Part shown: positions 46,916-57,217 of the stretch, piece after piece
Position numbering within the stretch: position 1 is the stretch's first letter
How the letters are laid out: each line of letters begins with the position of its first letter
Assembly: GCA_011391545.1 (NCBI GenBank)
Contig: JAABQI010000112.1
Span: forward strand, 357-64,356
DNA: 64,000 bases
Source of the DNA: Rhodoferax sp.
Lineage (GTDB): Bacteria; Pseudomonadota; Gammaproteobacteria; Burkholderiales; Burkholderiaceae_C
Direction of reading: 5' to 3'
Made by a program: the position numbers and the translations under genes
The notes under the pieces: generated by a model
Databases searched by the model: none
Seen by the model: the letters and a program-made list of their open reading frames with translations, nothing else
What the model was told of the DNA's origin: nothing

Positions 46916-48472
46916 CTACAGCACCGGACGCCGATCTTTCCAGGGCGCGGCCTGCTCCAGCTGCGCGGCAAGCGCCAGCAGCGTGGCTTCGGCACCGAAC
47001 CGTCCGGCGAACTGCGCGCCGATGGGCATGCCGGCAGCGTTCCAGTGCAGCGGCACCGACATGGCCGGATGGCCGCTCATATTGAACATCGCGGTGAACG
47101 GCGACGCCGTCATCGCCACCTTGACGAAGTCCTCGTAAGCCTGGTCTAGCGACATGGCGCCAAGTTTCGGCGCTGGCGCCGCCGTGACTGGCGACAAGAT
47201 CAGGTCGTAATCTGCCAGGAACAGGTCCAGCACCCGTGCCGCCTGGTCGAACACATTGCGGGCAACAAAAGCCTGCTCGGCGCTGTAGCCGCGTGCCAGC
47301 TGCAGGCTGCGCCAATTCAACGGCTCGAATTCGTCCTCGCGGGCGGCTCGACCTATAGCCTGTTCACGCACCTTGACTGTGGCCAGCATGCCAGCCGCAG
47401 TTGCCACGCCCATACTGGCGAACATGTCGCCAATCGCGAGCTGCGGCGCGGCGATTTCGACGCGGTGGCCAAGCGACTCGCACAGGCGCGCAGCCTGGTG
47501 CGCGGCGTCCAGGCAGTCCGGATGGACCGGGGCACCGAAAGGGTTTTTCGTCATCAGGGCAATGCGCAGCGGGCGCGGCGGCTTTGCGATGGCGTCCATC
47601 AAACTGCCCGCTTGCGGCCCGGTGCGGCTGCCCGCCTCGGGGCCCTGCGAGAGTTGCAGCAGCAAGGCGCTGTCGCGCACGCTGCGACTGATAACGTTAT
47701 GCGCCGACAGGCCCAGCCAGCCTTCCAGCATCTTCGGGCCCATGGGCACCAGGCCACGGCTGGGCTTGAGGCCGAACAAGCCGCAATGCGAGGCCGGGAT
47801 GCGGATCGAACCACCACCGTCGCTGGCATGCGCCGCAGGCAGGATGCCGGCCGCCACCGCCGCAGCGGCACCGCCCGACGAGCCGCCCGCGCTGAAGGCC
47901 TGGTTCCAGGGATTGCGGGTCAGGCCGAACAAACGCGACTCGGTGGTGGCGGTCTGGCCAAATTCCGGCGTGGTTGTTTTGGCGAAAATATTCAGCCCGG
48001 CGGCACGGTAGCGCTGCACCAGTGTCGAATCATGATCGGCCACGGCGTCCTTGAAGAAGGCGCAGCCCTGCGTCGTGATGGTGCCCTTCATGGCGAGCCC
48101 CAGATCCTTGAGCGCGAACGGCACACCGGCCATCGGCGCCTCCTTGGACAACCGCTCGCGTTCAGCCCGGCCCAGGTTTGAGAGCCGCTGCGCCGCCTCC
48201 CGCGCCTGGTCAAAGTGGCGCAGGGCAACCGCATTGATTGCGCTGCGCGCCTCGGTGCGCGCAATGGCCGCCTCCAGCGCATCAAGCGCGGTCAGCTGCC
48301 CGACGCGAATCTGGGACGCCAGCTCGACGGCATCGAAGCGCTCATACTCAGCCAGCGGGAGCACGGCAGCATGTGCGCCCTGCCCCGTCATGCCAAAGGA
48401 TACCGCGAGACCCGCCGCAGCGCCCGCTTTCAAAAAGTCGCGCCGTGCCGTCTGAGCTTCCGTCGCGCCCAT
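46916..48472 (-). CDS. Tat-exported amidase-signature enzyme (candidate conjugated bile-salt amidase)
   Basis: ARRDFLK Tat motif and AHA cleavage site; PFALKD, GGSSGG, SDGGGSIRIP. Confidence 0.85.
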   Translation of the reverse strand: MGATEAQTARRDFLKAGAAAGLAVSFGMTGQGAHAAVLPLAEYERFDAVELASQIRVGQLTALDALEAAIARTEARSAINAVALRHFDQAREAAQRLSNLGRAERERLSKEAPMAGVPFALKDLGLAMKGTITTQGCAFFKDAVADHDSTLVQRYRAAGLNIFAKTTTPEFGQTATTESRLFGLTRNPWNQAFSAGGSSGGAAAAVAAGILPAAHASDGGGSIRIPASHCGLFGLKPSRGLVPMGPKMLEGWLGLSAHNVISRSVRDSALLLQLSQGPEAGSRTGPQAGSLMDAIAKPPRPLRIALMTKNPFGAPVHPDCLDAAHQAARLCESLGHRVEIAAPQLAIGDMFASMGVATAAGMLATVKVREQAIGRAAREDEFEPLNWRSLQLARGYSAEQAFVARNVFDQAARVLDLFLADYDLILSPVTAAPAPKLGAMSLDQAYEDFVKVAMTASPFTAMFNMSGHPAMSVPLHWNAAGMPIGAQFAGRFGAEATLLALAAQLEQAAPWKDRRPVL

Positions 48473-48473
48473 G

Positions 48474-49352
48474 TCAGCTGCCCCAGACTTTTTGTGCCGG
48501 CACCGCCTCGGCAAGCAATTGGTCGATCACCGGGCCGAGTTCGGCCGGCTCCCAGCGCGCGCCCTTGTCGCGGGTGGCGTCGGTGCGCCAACCGTCGCCA
48601 AGCGAGATGCGCCCGCCCTGGCTCTCGAAAACCTTGCCGGTCACATGCGAAGAGGCAAGGCTGCCGAGCCAGACCACCAGCGGTGCGACATTCTCGGCGG
48701 CCCAGGCGTCAAAGCTGCCGTCCTGCGGCGCCTTGACCACGTCGGGCATGGCGCTCTCGGTCATTGAGGTCCGTGCGGCCGGCGCCAGCGCGTTGACGGT
48801 CACGCCATAACGACCCATTTCGGCGGCCTGCACCAGCGTGAGCGAGGCAATGCCACCTTTGGCGGCGGAATAATTGGACTGGCCGATCGAACCTTGCAAG
48901 CCGGCGCCCGAGCTGGTGTTGATGATGCGCGCGTCGATCTTTTTGCCCGCCTTGGCCGCATCGCGCCAGCGGCGGCCCAGAATATTGGCCAGACAGAAAT
49001 GCCCCTTGAGGTGCACGCGCATGACCTGGTCCCAATCGTCCTCGCTGAGGCTGATGAACATGCGATCGCGCAGAATGCCGGCGTTGTTGACCAGCACGTG
49101 CACTTCACCGTAGGCCGCCACAGCCGCATCGACGATGGACTGGGCGCCCGCCATGGTGGTGATGTCGCCCTGGTTGGCGATGGCCCGGCCGCCGGCAGCG
49201 ACCGCCTCGGCCGCGACCGCCTCGGCGGCCTCAAGCCGGATGTCGTTGACGACGACACTGGCGCCCTCGGCGGCAAAAGCCAGCGCATAGGCGCGACCCA
49301 GGCCGCCGCCGGCACCGGTGATGATGACAGTGCGTTGATTGCAGATAGGCAT
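48474..49352 (-). CDS. scdE: SDR 3-hydroxyacyl-CoA dehydrogenase
   Basis: TGAGGGLG, NNAGILRD, GQSNYSAAK; synteny. Confidence 0.75.
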   Translation of the reverse strand: MPICNQRTVIITGAGGGLGRAYALAFAAEGASVVVNDIRLEAAEAVAAEAVAAGGRAIANQGDITTMAGAQSIVDAAVAAYGEVHVLVNNAGILRDRMFISLSEDDWDQVMRVHLKGHFCLANILGRRWRDAAKAGKKIDARIINTSSGAGLQGSIGQSNYSAAKGGIASLTLVQAAEMGRYGVTVNALAPAARTSMTESAMPDVVKAPQDGSFDAWAAENVAPLVVWLGSLASSHVTGKVFESQGGRISLGDGWRTDATRDKGARWEPAELGPVIDQLLAEAVPAQKVWGS

Positions 49353-49357
49353 GATGT

Positions 49358-50509
49358 TCAGAGTCTTTCAATGATGGTGACGTTGGCCTGGCCGCCGCCT
49401 TCGCACATGGTTTGCAGGCCGTAGCGGCCCCCGGTGCGCTCGAGTTCGTGCAGCAGCGTGGTCATGAGCTTGACGCCCGAGGCGCCCAGCGGGTGGCCCA
49501 GCGCCAGGGCGCCGCCGTTGACGTTGGTGCGCGCATGCGGATAGCCGGTCTCCTGGAGCCAGGCCATCACGACCGAGGCAAAGGCTTCGTTGATTTCGAC
49601 CAGGTCGATGTTCTCTATCTTCATGCCGGCGCGTTTAAGCGCATGGGCCGTGGCCGCGATCGGTGCGGTCAGGTGCCAGATAGGGTCATCGGCGCGCACG
49701 CTGAGGTGGTGGATTCGGGCGCGCGGCGTGAGCTGGTAGCGCTTGAGCGCGGCCTCCGACACCACCAGCACGGCAGCAGCGGCGTCGCAGGTCGAGCTCG
49801 ACACGGCGGCGGTGATCTTCGGATAAGTCGGGTCCACGGGCTGCAGCGTGGCGAGCTTTTCGAGGGTGCTGGCGCGCGCCGTCTCGTCCATGCCGAAGTC
49901 GCCAAAGGGCACGATCTCGCGCTTGAAGCGGCCTTCGGCGATGGCGCGCAAGGCCCGGTCGTGGCTTTCCTTGGCGAAGCCTTCCATCGCCTCGCGCGAC
50001 AGGCCCCAGTGGTCGGCAATACGCTGCGCGGCATAAAACTGGTTCACCGGCGCATTGCCGAAACGCGCCTGCCAGCCGAGGCTTTCGGCAAACGGCGTGC
50101 TAAAGCCCAGCGGCTGGCCGGCCAGCATGGCCGAGCCAATCGGAATACGGCTCATGGTCTGGACACCGCCGGCCAGCACCACGTCCTGGGTGCCGCTCAT
50201 CACGGCCTGGGCGGCAAAATGCACCGCCTGCTGCGAAGAGCCACATTGGCGGTCCACCGTGGTGCCGGGCACACTCATGGGCATGCCGGCGGCCAGCCAG
50301 GAGGTGCGGGCAATGTCGCCGGCCAGCGCGCCGATGGTGTCGACGCAACCAAAGATCACGTCGTCATAGTCGGCCGCCGGGATCTCGTTGCGTTCGACGA
50401 TGGCCTTGATGACATGGGCGCCGAGGTCGGCGCCGTGCACTGCGGCAAGTGAGCCGTTGCGCTTGCCGGTGGGCGAACGCAGGGCATCGACGATAAAAGC
50501 TTCTGGCAT
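49358..50509 (-). CDS. scdF: Thiolase (FadA6-like)
   Basis: DRQCGSSQQA, NEAFA, GHPLGASG, MCEGGG. Confidence 0.8.
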   Translation of the reverse strand: MPEAFIVDALRSPTGKRNGSLAAVHGADLGAHVIKAIVERNEIPAADYDDVIFGCVDTIGALAGDIARTSWLAAGMPMSVPGTTVDRQCGSSQQAVHFAAQAVMSGTQDVVLAGGVQTMSRIPIGSAMLAGQPLGFSTPFAESLGWQARFGNAPVNQFYAAQRIADHWGLSREAMEGFAKESHDRALRAIAEGRFKREIVPFGDFGMDETARASTLEKLATLQPVDPTYPKITAAVSSSTCDAAAAVLVVSEAALKRYQLTPRARIHHLSVRADDPIWHLTAPIAATAHALKRAGMKIENIDLVEINEAFASVVMAWLQETGYPHARTNVNGGALALGHPLGASGVKLMTTLLHELERTGGRYGLQTMCEGGGQANVTIIERL

Positions 50510-50523
50510 AGGGAATTTCCGTG

Positions 50524-51600
50524 TCAGGGGTTGGTGTTGAAGGTGGCGCCGGGACCGAGCAGGGCGGCGTCGGCCAGCAGTGCATCAGCCAACCGCTGCT
50601 TGTGAAAGGCGCGGTCGCCCCAGGCAGCGTCGAGCACCCAGGCGCGCTTCATGAACATCTGCAGGTCGACCTCCCAGGTGTAGCCCATCGCGCCGTGCAC
50701 CTGGATCGCCTTGCGCGCTGAAAACCAGCCAGCCTCGGCGCAGGCGAGTTTCGCGTGGGAAATACGGACCGAGCGCTGCGGCTCGGCGCTGGCCAGCGCG
50801 CTGGCGGCACGGTAAAGCACCGGCTTGGCAAACTCGATCTTGGTGACCACATCAGCGAGATGGTGCTTGACGGCCTGAAACGAGCCGATCGGCTTGCCAA
50901 ATTGCTTGCGCTGCGCCGCATAGTCCACCGTCAGGTCCAGCATGCGCTGCGCCAGACCCAGCAATTGCCCCGAAACATTGAGCGCACCACGGTCGAGCAG
51001 GTCATCTGCCAGCGCCTGGCCGGCCGCGCCCTGGGCAATGCAAGTGGACTCCGACGGTGTCCAGGCGACTGTGGCCAGGCGGCGTGAAGCGTCGATGCTT
51101 GGGCAGGGCGTAATCTGCACCTGGTCGAGCGTCAGCGCGTGCCACTCGGTGCCCGTTGCGGTCGGGTGCGCCAGCAGCAGCAAGTCGGCCAGGTGCGCGT
51201 CAGCCACCCAGGGATTGACCGGATGGCCCAGCGCAATGCGGGCGCTGCCATCGGCAATACGCGCCAGCCAGGTGCTGCGCGCCGGATGCGACTCGGGCAA
51301 GGCGGCCAGCAGGCCGGTGGCCAGGTAGGCGCTGTCGGCGAGCGAATCGGGAATGCCAAAGTAGCCCAGCTCCTGGGTCATCAGCGTCCAGTCGACGTCG
51401 CCCAAACCCAGGCCGCCCTGCGTCTCGGGCACCGACAGCGCCGTGAGGCCCTGCTCGGCGAGCTTGGCGCGCAATTCAGACGAGCGGCCGGCGTCGGTCT
51501 GCCAGATGGCGCGCAGTTTTTCGGGCGCGGCCTCGACCATCAGGAAGCGGCCGACCGAGTCGCGCAGGGCCTGTTGGTCTTCATTAAAGGTGAAATCCAT
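50524..51600 (-). CDS. scdM2: Acyl-CoA dehydrogenase (FadE32-like)
   Basis: RKQFGKPIGSFQAVKH, QVHGAMGYTWE. Confidence 0.72.
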   Translation of the reverse strand: MDFTFNEDQQALRDSVGRFLMVEAAPEKLRAIWQTDAGRSSELRAKLAEQGLTALSVPETQGGLGLGDVDWTLMTQELGYFGIPDSLADSAYLATGLLAALPESHPARSTWLARIADGSARIALGHPVNPWVADAHLADLLLLAHPTATGTEWHALTLDQVQITPCPSIDASRRLATVAWTPSESTCIAQGAAGQALADDLLDRGALNVSGQLLGLAQRMLDLTVDYAAQRKQFGKPIGSFQAVKHHLADVVTKIEFAKPVLYRAASALASAEPQRSVRISHAKLACAEAGWFSARKAIQVHGAMGYTWEVDLQMFMKRAWVLDAAWGDRAFHKQRLADALLADAALLGPGATFNTNP

Positions 51601-51612
51601 GATCAGCCTCGT

Positions 51613-52767
51613 TCAGTTTTTGGGCAGACCGAGCAGGCGCTCGGCAATGATGTTGCGCTGTATCTCGTTGCTTCCGGCATAGATGGAGCCAGCCTGTGCA
51701 AACAGGAAACCTTCGAGCCAGTCATGCGTCTCGGGATCGTCGCAGAGTTCGGCGCGGGGGCCCAGGATCCGCATGGCGGTCTCGTGCATGTCAAGGTCGA
51801 GCTCGGACCAGAAAATCTTGTTGGTGCTGGCCTCGGCGCCAATACGCGCGCCCCGCAGGACCCGGCCCACCGTGTGGTAAGACGCCAGGTTGTAGGCCTC
51901 GGCGCCCATCCAGGCGCGCATCACCGCCTCGCGGATCGACGGGTCGCGGTCGGCGCTGACCTGGTGCTTGCGGTACAGCTGCATCAGTTTTTGCGCGGTG
52001 CGCTGGTAACGCGCCGGCGAGCGCAGCAGCAGGCCGCGCTCGAAGCCGGCGGTGGCCATGGCCACGTTCCAGCCCTGGCCTTCGTCGCCGAGCAGGTTGT
52101 TGACCGGCACACGCACGTCATCAAAAAATATTTCGGCAAAAGCCTGTTTGCCATTGAGCGCCTGGATCGGGCGGATCGTGATGCCCGGCGCATCAAGGGG
52201 CAGCATGAGGTAGCTCAGGCCGTGGTGGCGGCTGGAGGCCGGGTCGCTGCGAAACAGGCCGAACAGCCAGTTGGCGAAGACGGCCCGGGTGGACCAGGTT
52301 TTCTGGCCATTGATCACATAGTGGTCGCCGTCCAGAATCGCCCGGCTGCTGATAGCGGCCATGTCGGAGCCGGCATTGGGCTCGCTCCAGCCCTGCGCCC
52401 ACATGTCGTCGCAGCGCGCCATGCGCGGCAGGAAGCGGGCCTTCTGCTCGGGCGTGCCAAACTCCATCAGCGTCGGGCCCAGCAACAGGATGCCGTTCTG
52501 GTTAATGCGAAAAGGCGCGTCCGCCGCAGCGTACTCCTCCTCAAAGATCAGCCACTCGATCAGGTCGCAGCCGCGCCCGCCCAGCTCCTTGGGCCAAGTC
52601 ACGCTGCTCCAGCCGCCTTCGGCCAGCACGGCCTCCCAGCGGCGGTGCTGCTCGAAGCCCTCGCGGGTGTCATAGCTGCCAAAGGACTCGCGCGGCACAT
52701 GGGTGTGCAGCCAGTCGCGCACCTCGGCCCGGAAGGCCGCTTGCGCGGGGGTGTAAGTCAGATCCAT
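51613..52767 (-). CDS. scdM1: Acyl-CoA dehydrogenase (FadE31-like)
   Basis: WAQGWSEPNAGSD, IYAGSNEIQRNIIAER. Confidence 0.75.
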   Translation of the reverse strand: MDLTYTPAQAAFRAEVRDWLHTHVPRESFGSYDTREGFEQHRRWEAVLAEGGWSSVTWPKELGGRGCDLIEWLIFEEEYAAADAPFRINQNGILLLGPTLMEFGTPEQKARFLPRMARCDDMWAQGWSEPNAGSDMAAISSRAILDGDHYVINGQKTWSTRAVFANWLFGLFRSDPASSRHHGLSYLMLPLDAPGITIRPIQALNGKQAFAEIFFDDVRVPVNNLLGDEGQGWNVAMATAGFERGLLLRSPARYQRTAQKLMQLYRKHQVSADRDPSIREAVMRAWMGAEAYNLASYHTVGRVLRGARIGAEASTNKIFWSELDLDMHETAMRILGPRAELCDDPETHDWLEGFLFAQAGSIYAGSNEIQRNIIAERLLGLPKN

Positions 52768-52783
52768 CTTTGCTTCCTTTAGC

Positions 52784-53539
52784 TCAAAACTTGGCGTCGC
52801 GCTTTTCAACAAAGGCTGAACGGGTCTCGCTGGAGTCCGGGCTCATGTAGGCTTGCAGCGTAAAGCCCTGCTCCCAGCGGTACTTGTCTTCCAGGTTGCC
52901 ATCCTCAATGCCGGTCAGCGCCTCCTTGGCGATGCGGATCATGGCCGGACTCTTGGCGGCAATCCTGGCGGCGATCGCCAGCGCGGTGTCGCGCAGCTGC
53001 TCGCGCGGCACCACGCGCTCGATGGCGCCCAGGCGCAGCGCCTCGGGCGCGCCGATCATCTCGCCGGTGAAAAACAGGTAGCGGGTTTTCTGCACGCCAA
53101 ACATGCGCTGCAGGTGCGCCGCCCCACCCATGGCGCCGCGGTCGACTTCGGGCAGGCCAAAACTGGCGTCATCGGCGGCGATCACGATGTCGGCCGCGCC
53201 GCAAATGCCGATGCCGCCGCCCAGCACGAAGCCCTGCACGGCGGCGATCACCGGCACCTTGTTCAGGTGCACCGCCTTGAAGGTGGCGTAGTTGCCGGCA
53301 TTCACGTCGAGGATGAGCTTGTCATTGCTGGCCAGCTCCTTGATGTCGACACCGGCGCAAAAACCCCGCCCTTCGGCGCGCACAATGATCACGCGCACCT
53401 CGGGACGTTTGCCAAGCGCCTCGATCTCGGCGGCCAGACCGCGCCAGCCGGCAGCGTTGAGCGCGTTGACCGGCGGCCGGTTGAGCACAACTTCGGCGAC
53501 GCCGTTGTCATGCACGAGGGAAGAAAATTGTTGGGTCAT
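52784..53539 (-). CDS. scdY: Enoyl-CoA hydratase (EchA20-like D-ring hydrolase)
   Basis: PPVNAL, FCAGVDIKE, PEVDRG, YRWEQGFT. Confidence 0.78.
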   Translation of the reverse strand: MTQQFSSLVHDNGVAEVVLNRPPVNALNAAGWRGLAAEIEALGKRPEVRVIIVRAEGRGFCAGVDIKELASNDKLILDVNAGNYATFKAVHLNKVPVIAAVQGFVLGGGIGICGAADIVIAADDASFGLPEVDRGAMGGAAHLQRMFGVQKTRYLFFTGEMIGAPEALRLGAIERVVPREQLRDTALAIAARIAAKSPAMIRIAKEALTGIEDGNLEDKYRWEQGFTLQAYMSPDSSETRSAFVEKRDAKF

Positions 53540-53551
53540 GCTTGTTATTCC

Positions 53552-54640
53552 TCAGGCGCACGCAGCGCCGGTCAGTTTGTTCAAAACAGCCTGCCGCTCG
53601 CAGGCCTGGGCCACGATGCGCGAGATCACTTCTTCGCAAGAATCGAGCCGACCGATCAGCGCGGCGACCTGGCCGGCCGACATCACGCCTTCGGCGGGTT
53701 TGCCATCGGTCATCGAGCGCTGCAGCAGCATCGGCGCGTTGGCGGCCATGACCGTCTGCGCCGCGCTGCCCGGGTCCTCGCGCAGGCCCTGCCACAACAC
53801 GCTCAACGCGTGCTGCATCGTCATGCCGGTCTGGGCCTTCCACTGGAGGGCCAGGCCGACGGCGATGCGCAGGCGCTTGAAGGGCGAGGCCTTCTCAAGC
53901 ATGCTCAGATACTCGTTCGGAATCATGCGTTGCGGCATGCCGTCAACGAGGTAGGAAATCTGTATCTTTTCGGCTTCCCGGGTGGCCAGGTAGCGCTTGA
54001 GCGTGACCTCGGGCACGCCCGAGTCGCTGGTCATCAGGAAGCGCGTCCCCATGGCGATGCCCTGCGCGCCATAAGCCATGGCAGCCAGCAGGCCGCGGCC
54101 GTCGTAGAAGCCGCCGGCAGCCACCACGGGCACCTGCACCGCGTCCACCACCTGCGGTATCAGCACGGTGGAGGGCACCGACCCGGTGTGGCCGCCGCCC
54201 TCGCCGCCCTGGACGGTGATGACATTGGCGCCCATCTCGATGGCTTTTTGCGCATGCTTGAGCGCGCCCACCGTGGGCATGCAGACAATGCCGGCGTCGC
54301 GCAGGCGGCCGATGACCTTCTTGTCGGGTCCGCGGCCGTAACTGACGGCGCGCAGCTTGTGCGCGATGGCCAGGTCAAGCAACTGCTGGGCGTTGGGCTG
54401 GAACATGTGGAAATTCAGGCCGAAAGGCTTGTCACCGGTCAGTTCCTTAACGCGCAGGATTTCGGCCTCGATTTTGTCAGCGGCAATGGTGGCGCCGGCC
54501 AGAAAACCAAAACCGCCGGCGTTGGTGGTGGCCGCCACCAGCGAAGAGCCGGCGACCCAGCCCATCGCAGTCTGGATCACGGGGTAGCGGCAGCCGAGCA
54601 GCTCGCACAAAGGGGTGCGGATTTCAAGGGAGTCGCTCAT
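53552..54640 (-). CDS. scdK: Nitronate-monooxygenase-family flavoprotein (IpdC-like)
   Basis: QTAMGWV, QGGEGGGHTG, MGTRFL. Confidence 0.78.
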   Translation of the reverse strand: MSDSLEIRTPLCELLGCRYPVIQTAMGWVAGSSLVAATTNAGGFGFLAGATIAADKIEAEILRVKELTGDKPFGLNFHMFQPNAQQLLDLAIAHKLRAVSYGRGPDKKVIGRLRDAGIVCMPTVGALKHAQKAIEMGANVITVQGGEGGGHTGSVPSTVLIPQVVDAVQVPVVAAGGFYDGRGLLAAMAYGAQGIAMGTRFLMTSDSGVPEVTLKRYLATREAEKIQISYLVDGMPQRMIPNEYLSMLEKASPFKRLRIAVGLALQWKAQTGMTMQHALSVLWQGLREDPGSAAQTVMAANAPMLLQRSMTDGKPAEGVMSAGQVAALIGRLDSCEEVISRIVAQACERQAVLNKLTGAACA

Positions 54641-55545
54641 GGCTTGTGGTCCTTCTTGTTGGCCTGCGCCATCGATTTGGCGTCGTGACCGCCAAGGTGC
54701 CCGGACCCCAGCGACTGGCTGTGGGCATGGGCGAAATGGTGGTAACCAAAGGCGACGTCCATGGTGGCGCGCAGGCCCTGCAGTTCCTCCACCCGATTGA
54801 TCACGGTCTTGGTCAGCGCCAGGCCCAGGCGCGGCTGCTGTGCAATGCGGGCGGCGATGTCATAGGTCAGGGCCTCAAGCTCGTCGCGCGGCGCCACGCG
54901 GTTGACCATGCCCATCATGTAGGCGCGGTCGGCCTTCATGCGCTCGCCCAGGAACAGGAACTCCTTGGCGATGCGCGGGTTGAGCTCGTGGGCGTGGGCA
55001 AAATACTCGACGCCCGGTATGCCCATGCGGACCACCGGGTCCTGAAAGAAGGCGTCTTCGCTGGCAATGATCAGGTCGCAGACCCAGGCCAGCATCAGTC
55101 CGCCCGCCACGCAGGCGCCCTGCACCATGGCGATGGTCGGCTTGGGGATGTCGTGCCAGCGCCGGCACATGCCGAGGTAGACCTCCTGCTCGCGCGCATA
55201 GAGCTGCTCGGCGCCAGGCTTGTTGGTGTGGTCCCACCACAGGCTTTGGCGCTCGAAGGGTTTGTCGATGTCGCGCCCGGGCGTGCCGATGTCGTGGCCC
55301 GCGCTGAAATGCTTGCCGGCGCCGCGCAGCACGATCACCTTGACGCTGTCGTCATCGACGGCGCGCCGGAAAGCGGCGTCCAGCGCGTAGGTCATTTGCG
55401 AGTTCTGCGCATTGTTGAAATCAGGCCGGTTCATCGTCAGCGTGGCGATGCCGTCCACGGCCTGGTACAGCAGCGGCTCGGCGGTCTCGTAGACCGACTT
55501 GTCCTCGCGCTGAACGAAGCTGTTTCCCGGGTCAGTGTGCTTCAT
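54637..55545 (-). CDS. scdN: Enoyl-CoA hydratase (EchA13-like)
   Basis: NAQNSQM, FSAGHD, MGIPGVEYFAH. Confidence 0.75.
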   Translation of the reverse strand: MKHTDPGNSFVQREDKSVYETAEPLLYQAVDGIATLTMNRPDFNNAQNSQMTYALDAAFRRAVDDDSVKVIVLRGAGKHFSAGHDIGTPGRDIDKPFERQSLWWDHTNKPGAEQLYAREQEVYLGMCRRWHDIPKPTIAMVQGACVAGGLMLAWVCDLIIASEDAFFQDPVVRMGIPGVEYFAHAHELNPRIAKEFLFLGERMKADRAYMMGMVNRVAPRDELEALTYDIAARIAQQPRLGLALTKTVINRVEELQGLRATMDVAFGYHHFAHAHSQSLGSGHLGGHDAKSMAQANKKDHKP

Positions 55546-55556
55546 GGCGCGGCCCC

Positions 55557-56321
55557 TCAGCCCAGCGCCGAGGCGCGCAACTGATGGGGGTCGAGCCGGT
55601 CGAGCAGGGCCATTTGGCGCTCGGTCGGCGCCGCAGTTTCGGGTACCTCGGCCGGAATGTGCAGCGCGAAGCCGGTGGCCTCCTGCACCTGGGCAACGGT
55701 GACACCGGGGTGCAGCGCGCACAGGCGCACCTGGCGAGCGGGTCCGCCGAAATCGAGGACCGCCAGATTGGTGAAGATCAAGCGCACATCAATATCGTCC
55801 AGAGACCAGCCGCGCGCCAGCCGCTCCGGGTTGTAGCCCACCGAGGCCACCATGTCGACCTCACCAGCGACAAACACCTTGGCGCTGTGGTTGGGGACAA
55901 AAAACGAGTTGGCGTGACTGATCGAGTTGCCCGGAAAACCGCGCACGCCGAGCATCATCGACTTGGGCTTCTGGTAATCGCTGCCGATCATCGAGATGTT
56001 GGCCTGGCCGAAGCGGTCGACCTGCGTCGGCCCGACCATCGCATGGCGCTTGCCGCTCCAGACGTTGTCGAAGATGCGACTGAAACCCATCCAGGTCTCG
56101 CGCTTGGGCTCGTAGCCGCCGCGCGGCCCGACCGGCACCGGCTCGCTCACCAGCCAGGCTTCCGAATCAGTCATCATCAGCTCGGGGTTGTTGCTCAGCA
56201 TGCTCAGCGAAGCCGCCAGTCTCGGCACGATGCCGATGCCGGTCGCCAGCACTTCGCCGTCGTCCTTCCAGGCCTGCGACGCCGCGCAAATGACCCGGTC
56301 CACCAAAGAATATTCGCTCAT
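55557..56321 (-). CDS. scdL2: CoA-transferase-like C-ring hydrolase, beta subunit (IpdB-like)
   Basis: QVDRFGQANIS, GVRGFPGN. Confidence 0.8.
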   Translation of the reverse strand: MSEYSLVDRVICAASQAWKDDGEVLATGIGIVPRLAASLSMLSNNPELMMTDSEAWLVSEPVPVGPRGGYEPKRETWMGFSRIFDNVWSGKRHAMVGPTQVDRFGQANISMIGSDYQKPKSMMLGVRGFPGNSISHANSFFVPNHSAKVFVAGEVDMVASVGYNPERLARGWSLDDIDVRLIFTNLAVLDFGGPARQVRLCALHPGVTVAQVQEATGFALHIPAEVPETAAPTERQMALLDRLDPHQLRASALG

Positions 56322-56332
56322 GACAGCTCCCG

Positions 56333-57211
56333 TCAAAACACTGGCAGCGGCAGCTTGCGCACCGCATCGATACCACCCACGCGCTCCAGGTATTCCTGTT
56401 CGCTGCAATGCACATAACGCTCGGCATACTGCTGCCAGCCGCCCGCCTCCTTGGCGCTGGCCACGTATTCCTTGAAGTGCTTCACGTCAAAGCCATACAG
56501 CGGCGCGCACGAACTCGGATGGGCCCCGCCCGGGATGTGCACCACACCGGCAGTGTGGGCACGTTCCCAGTAGACGTGACGAGCCTCGTCGCCCGTTTCA
56601 AAAAAACTGCTCTCGACCAGCTCATCACAGCTGACGTAGGCTTTTTTGGCCGCGCGCGCAAAGAACTCGTCCATGTAGAGGTCCGGCCCCTTGATCTGGC
56701 AGACGCCGCGCGCATCGGCACGGTCCACGTGCAGCAACGCCACGTCGAGCTGGAGTGCCGGCATGGCCACCCAGTCGCGATCATCGTAGGGCGATGCCAC
56801 CAGACGCAGGCCCGGATTGCGGCGCAATACGTCGGTACCCAGGCCGACGCGGGTCGGAATGAAGGGCGCGCGCATCGCGGCCGCCTTCAGGCCCAGCATC
56901 ATCATGCCCTCGTCGATTTCCATGACCTCGAGCGCGCCGCTCTGGCGCGCCAGGCGGAAATAGGGCTCAAGCGGGATGAAGTCCAGCGACACGAAAGCGA
57001 ACACCAGCTTTTTGACCTTGCCTGCGGCGCACAGCATGCCGACATCGGCGCCGCCGTAAGCCACCACCGTGAGGTCCTTGAGCGGGCTGCGCAGCAGCTC
57101 GCGCACCAGCGCCATAGGCTTGCGCCTGGGGCCCCAGCCGCCAATACCCACGGTCATGCCGTCTTTCATCTGTGCCACCACATCGGCCGCACGCATTTGT
57201 TTGTTAGCCAT
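56333..57211 (-). CDS. scdL1: CoA-transferase-like C-ring hydrolase, alpha subunit (IpdA-like)
   Basis: GIGGWGPRRKPMALVR, FVSLD, EIDEG. Confidence 0.82.
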   Translation of the reverse strand: MANKQMRAADVVAQMKDGMTVGIGGWGPRRKPMALVRELLRSPLKDLTVVAYGGADVGMLCAAGKVKKLVFAFVSLDFIPLEPYFRLARQSGALEVMEIDEGMMMLGLKAAAMRAPFIPTRVGLGTDVLRRNPGLRLVASPYDDRDWVAMPALQLDVALLHVDRADARGVCQIKGPDLYMDEFFARAAKKAYVSCDELVESSFFETGDEARHVYWERAHTAGVVHIPGGAHPSSCAPLYGFDVKHFKEYVASAKEAGGWQQYAERYVHCSEQEYLERVGGIDAVRKLPLPVF

Positions 57212-57217
57212 AACCGA

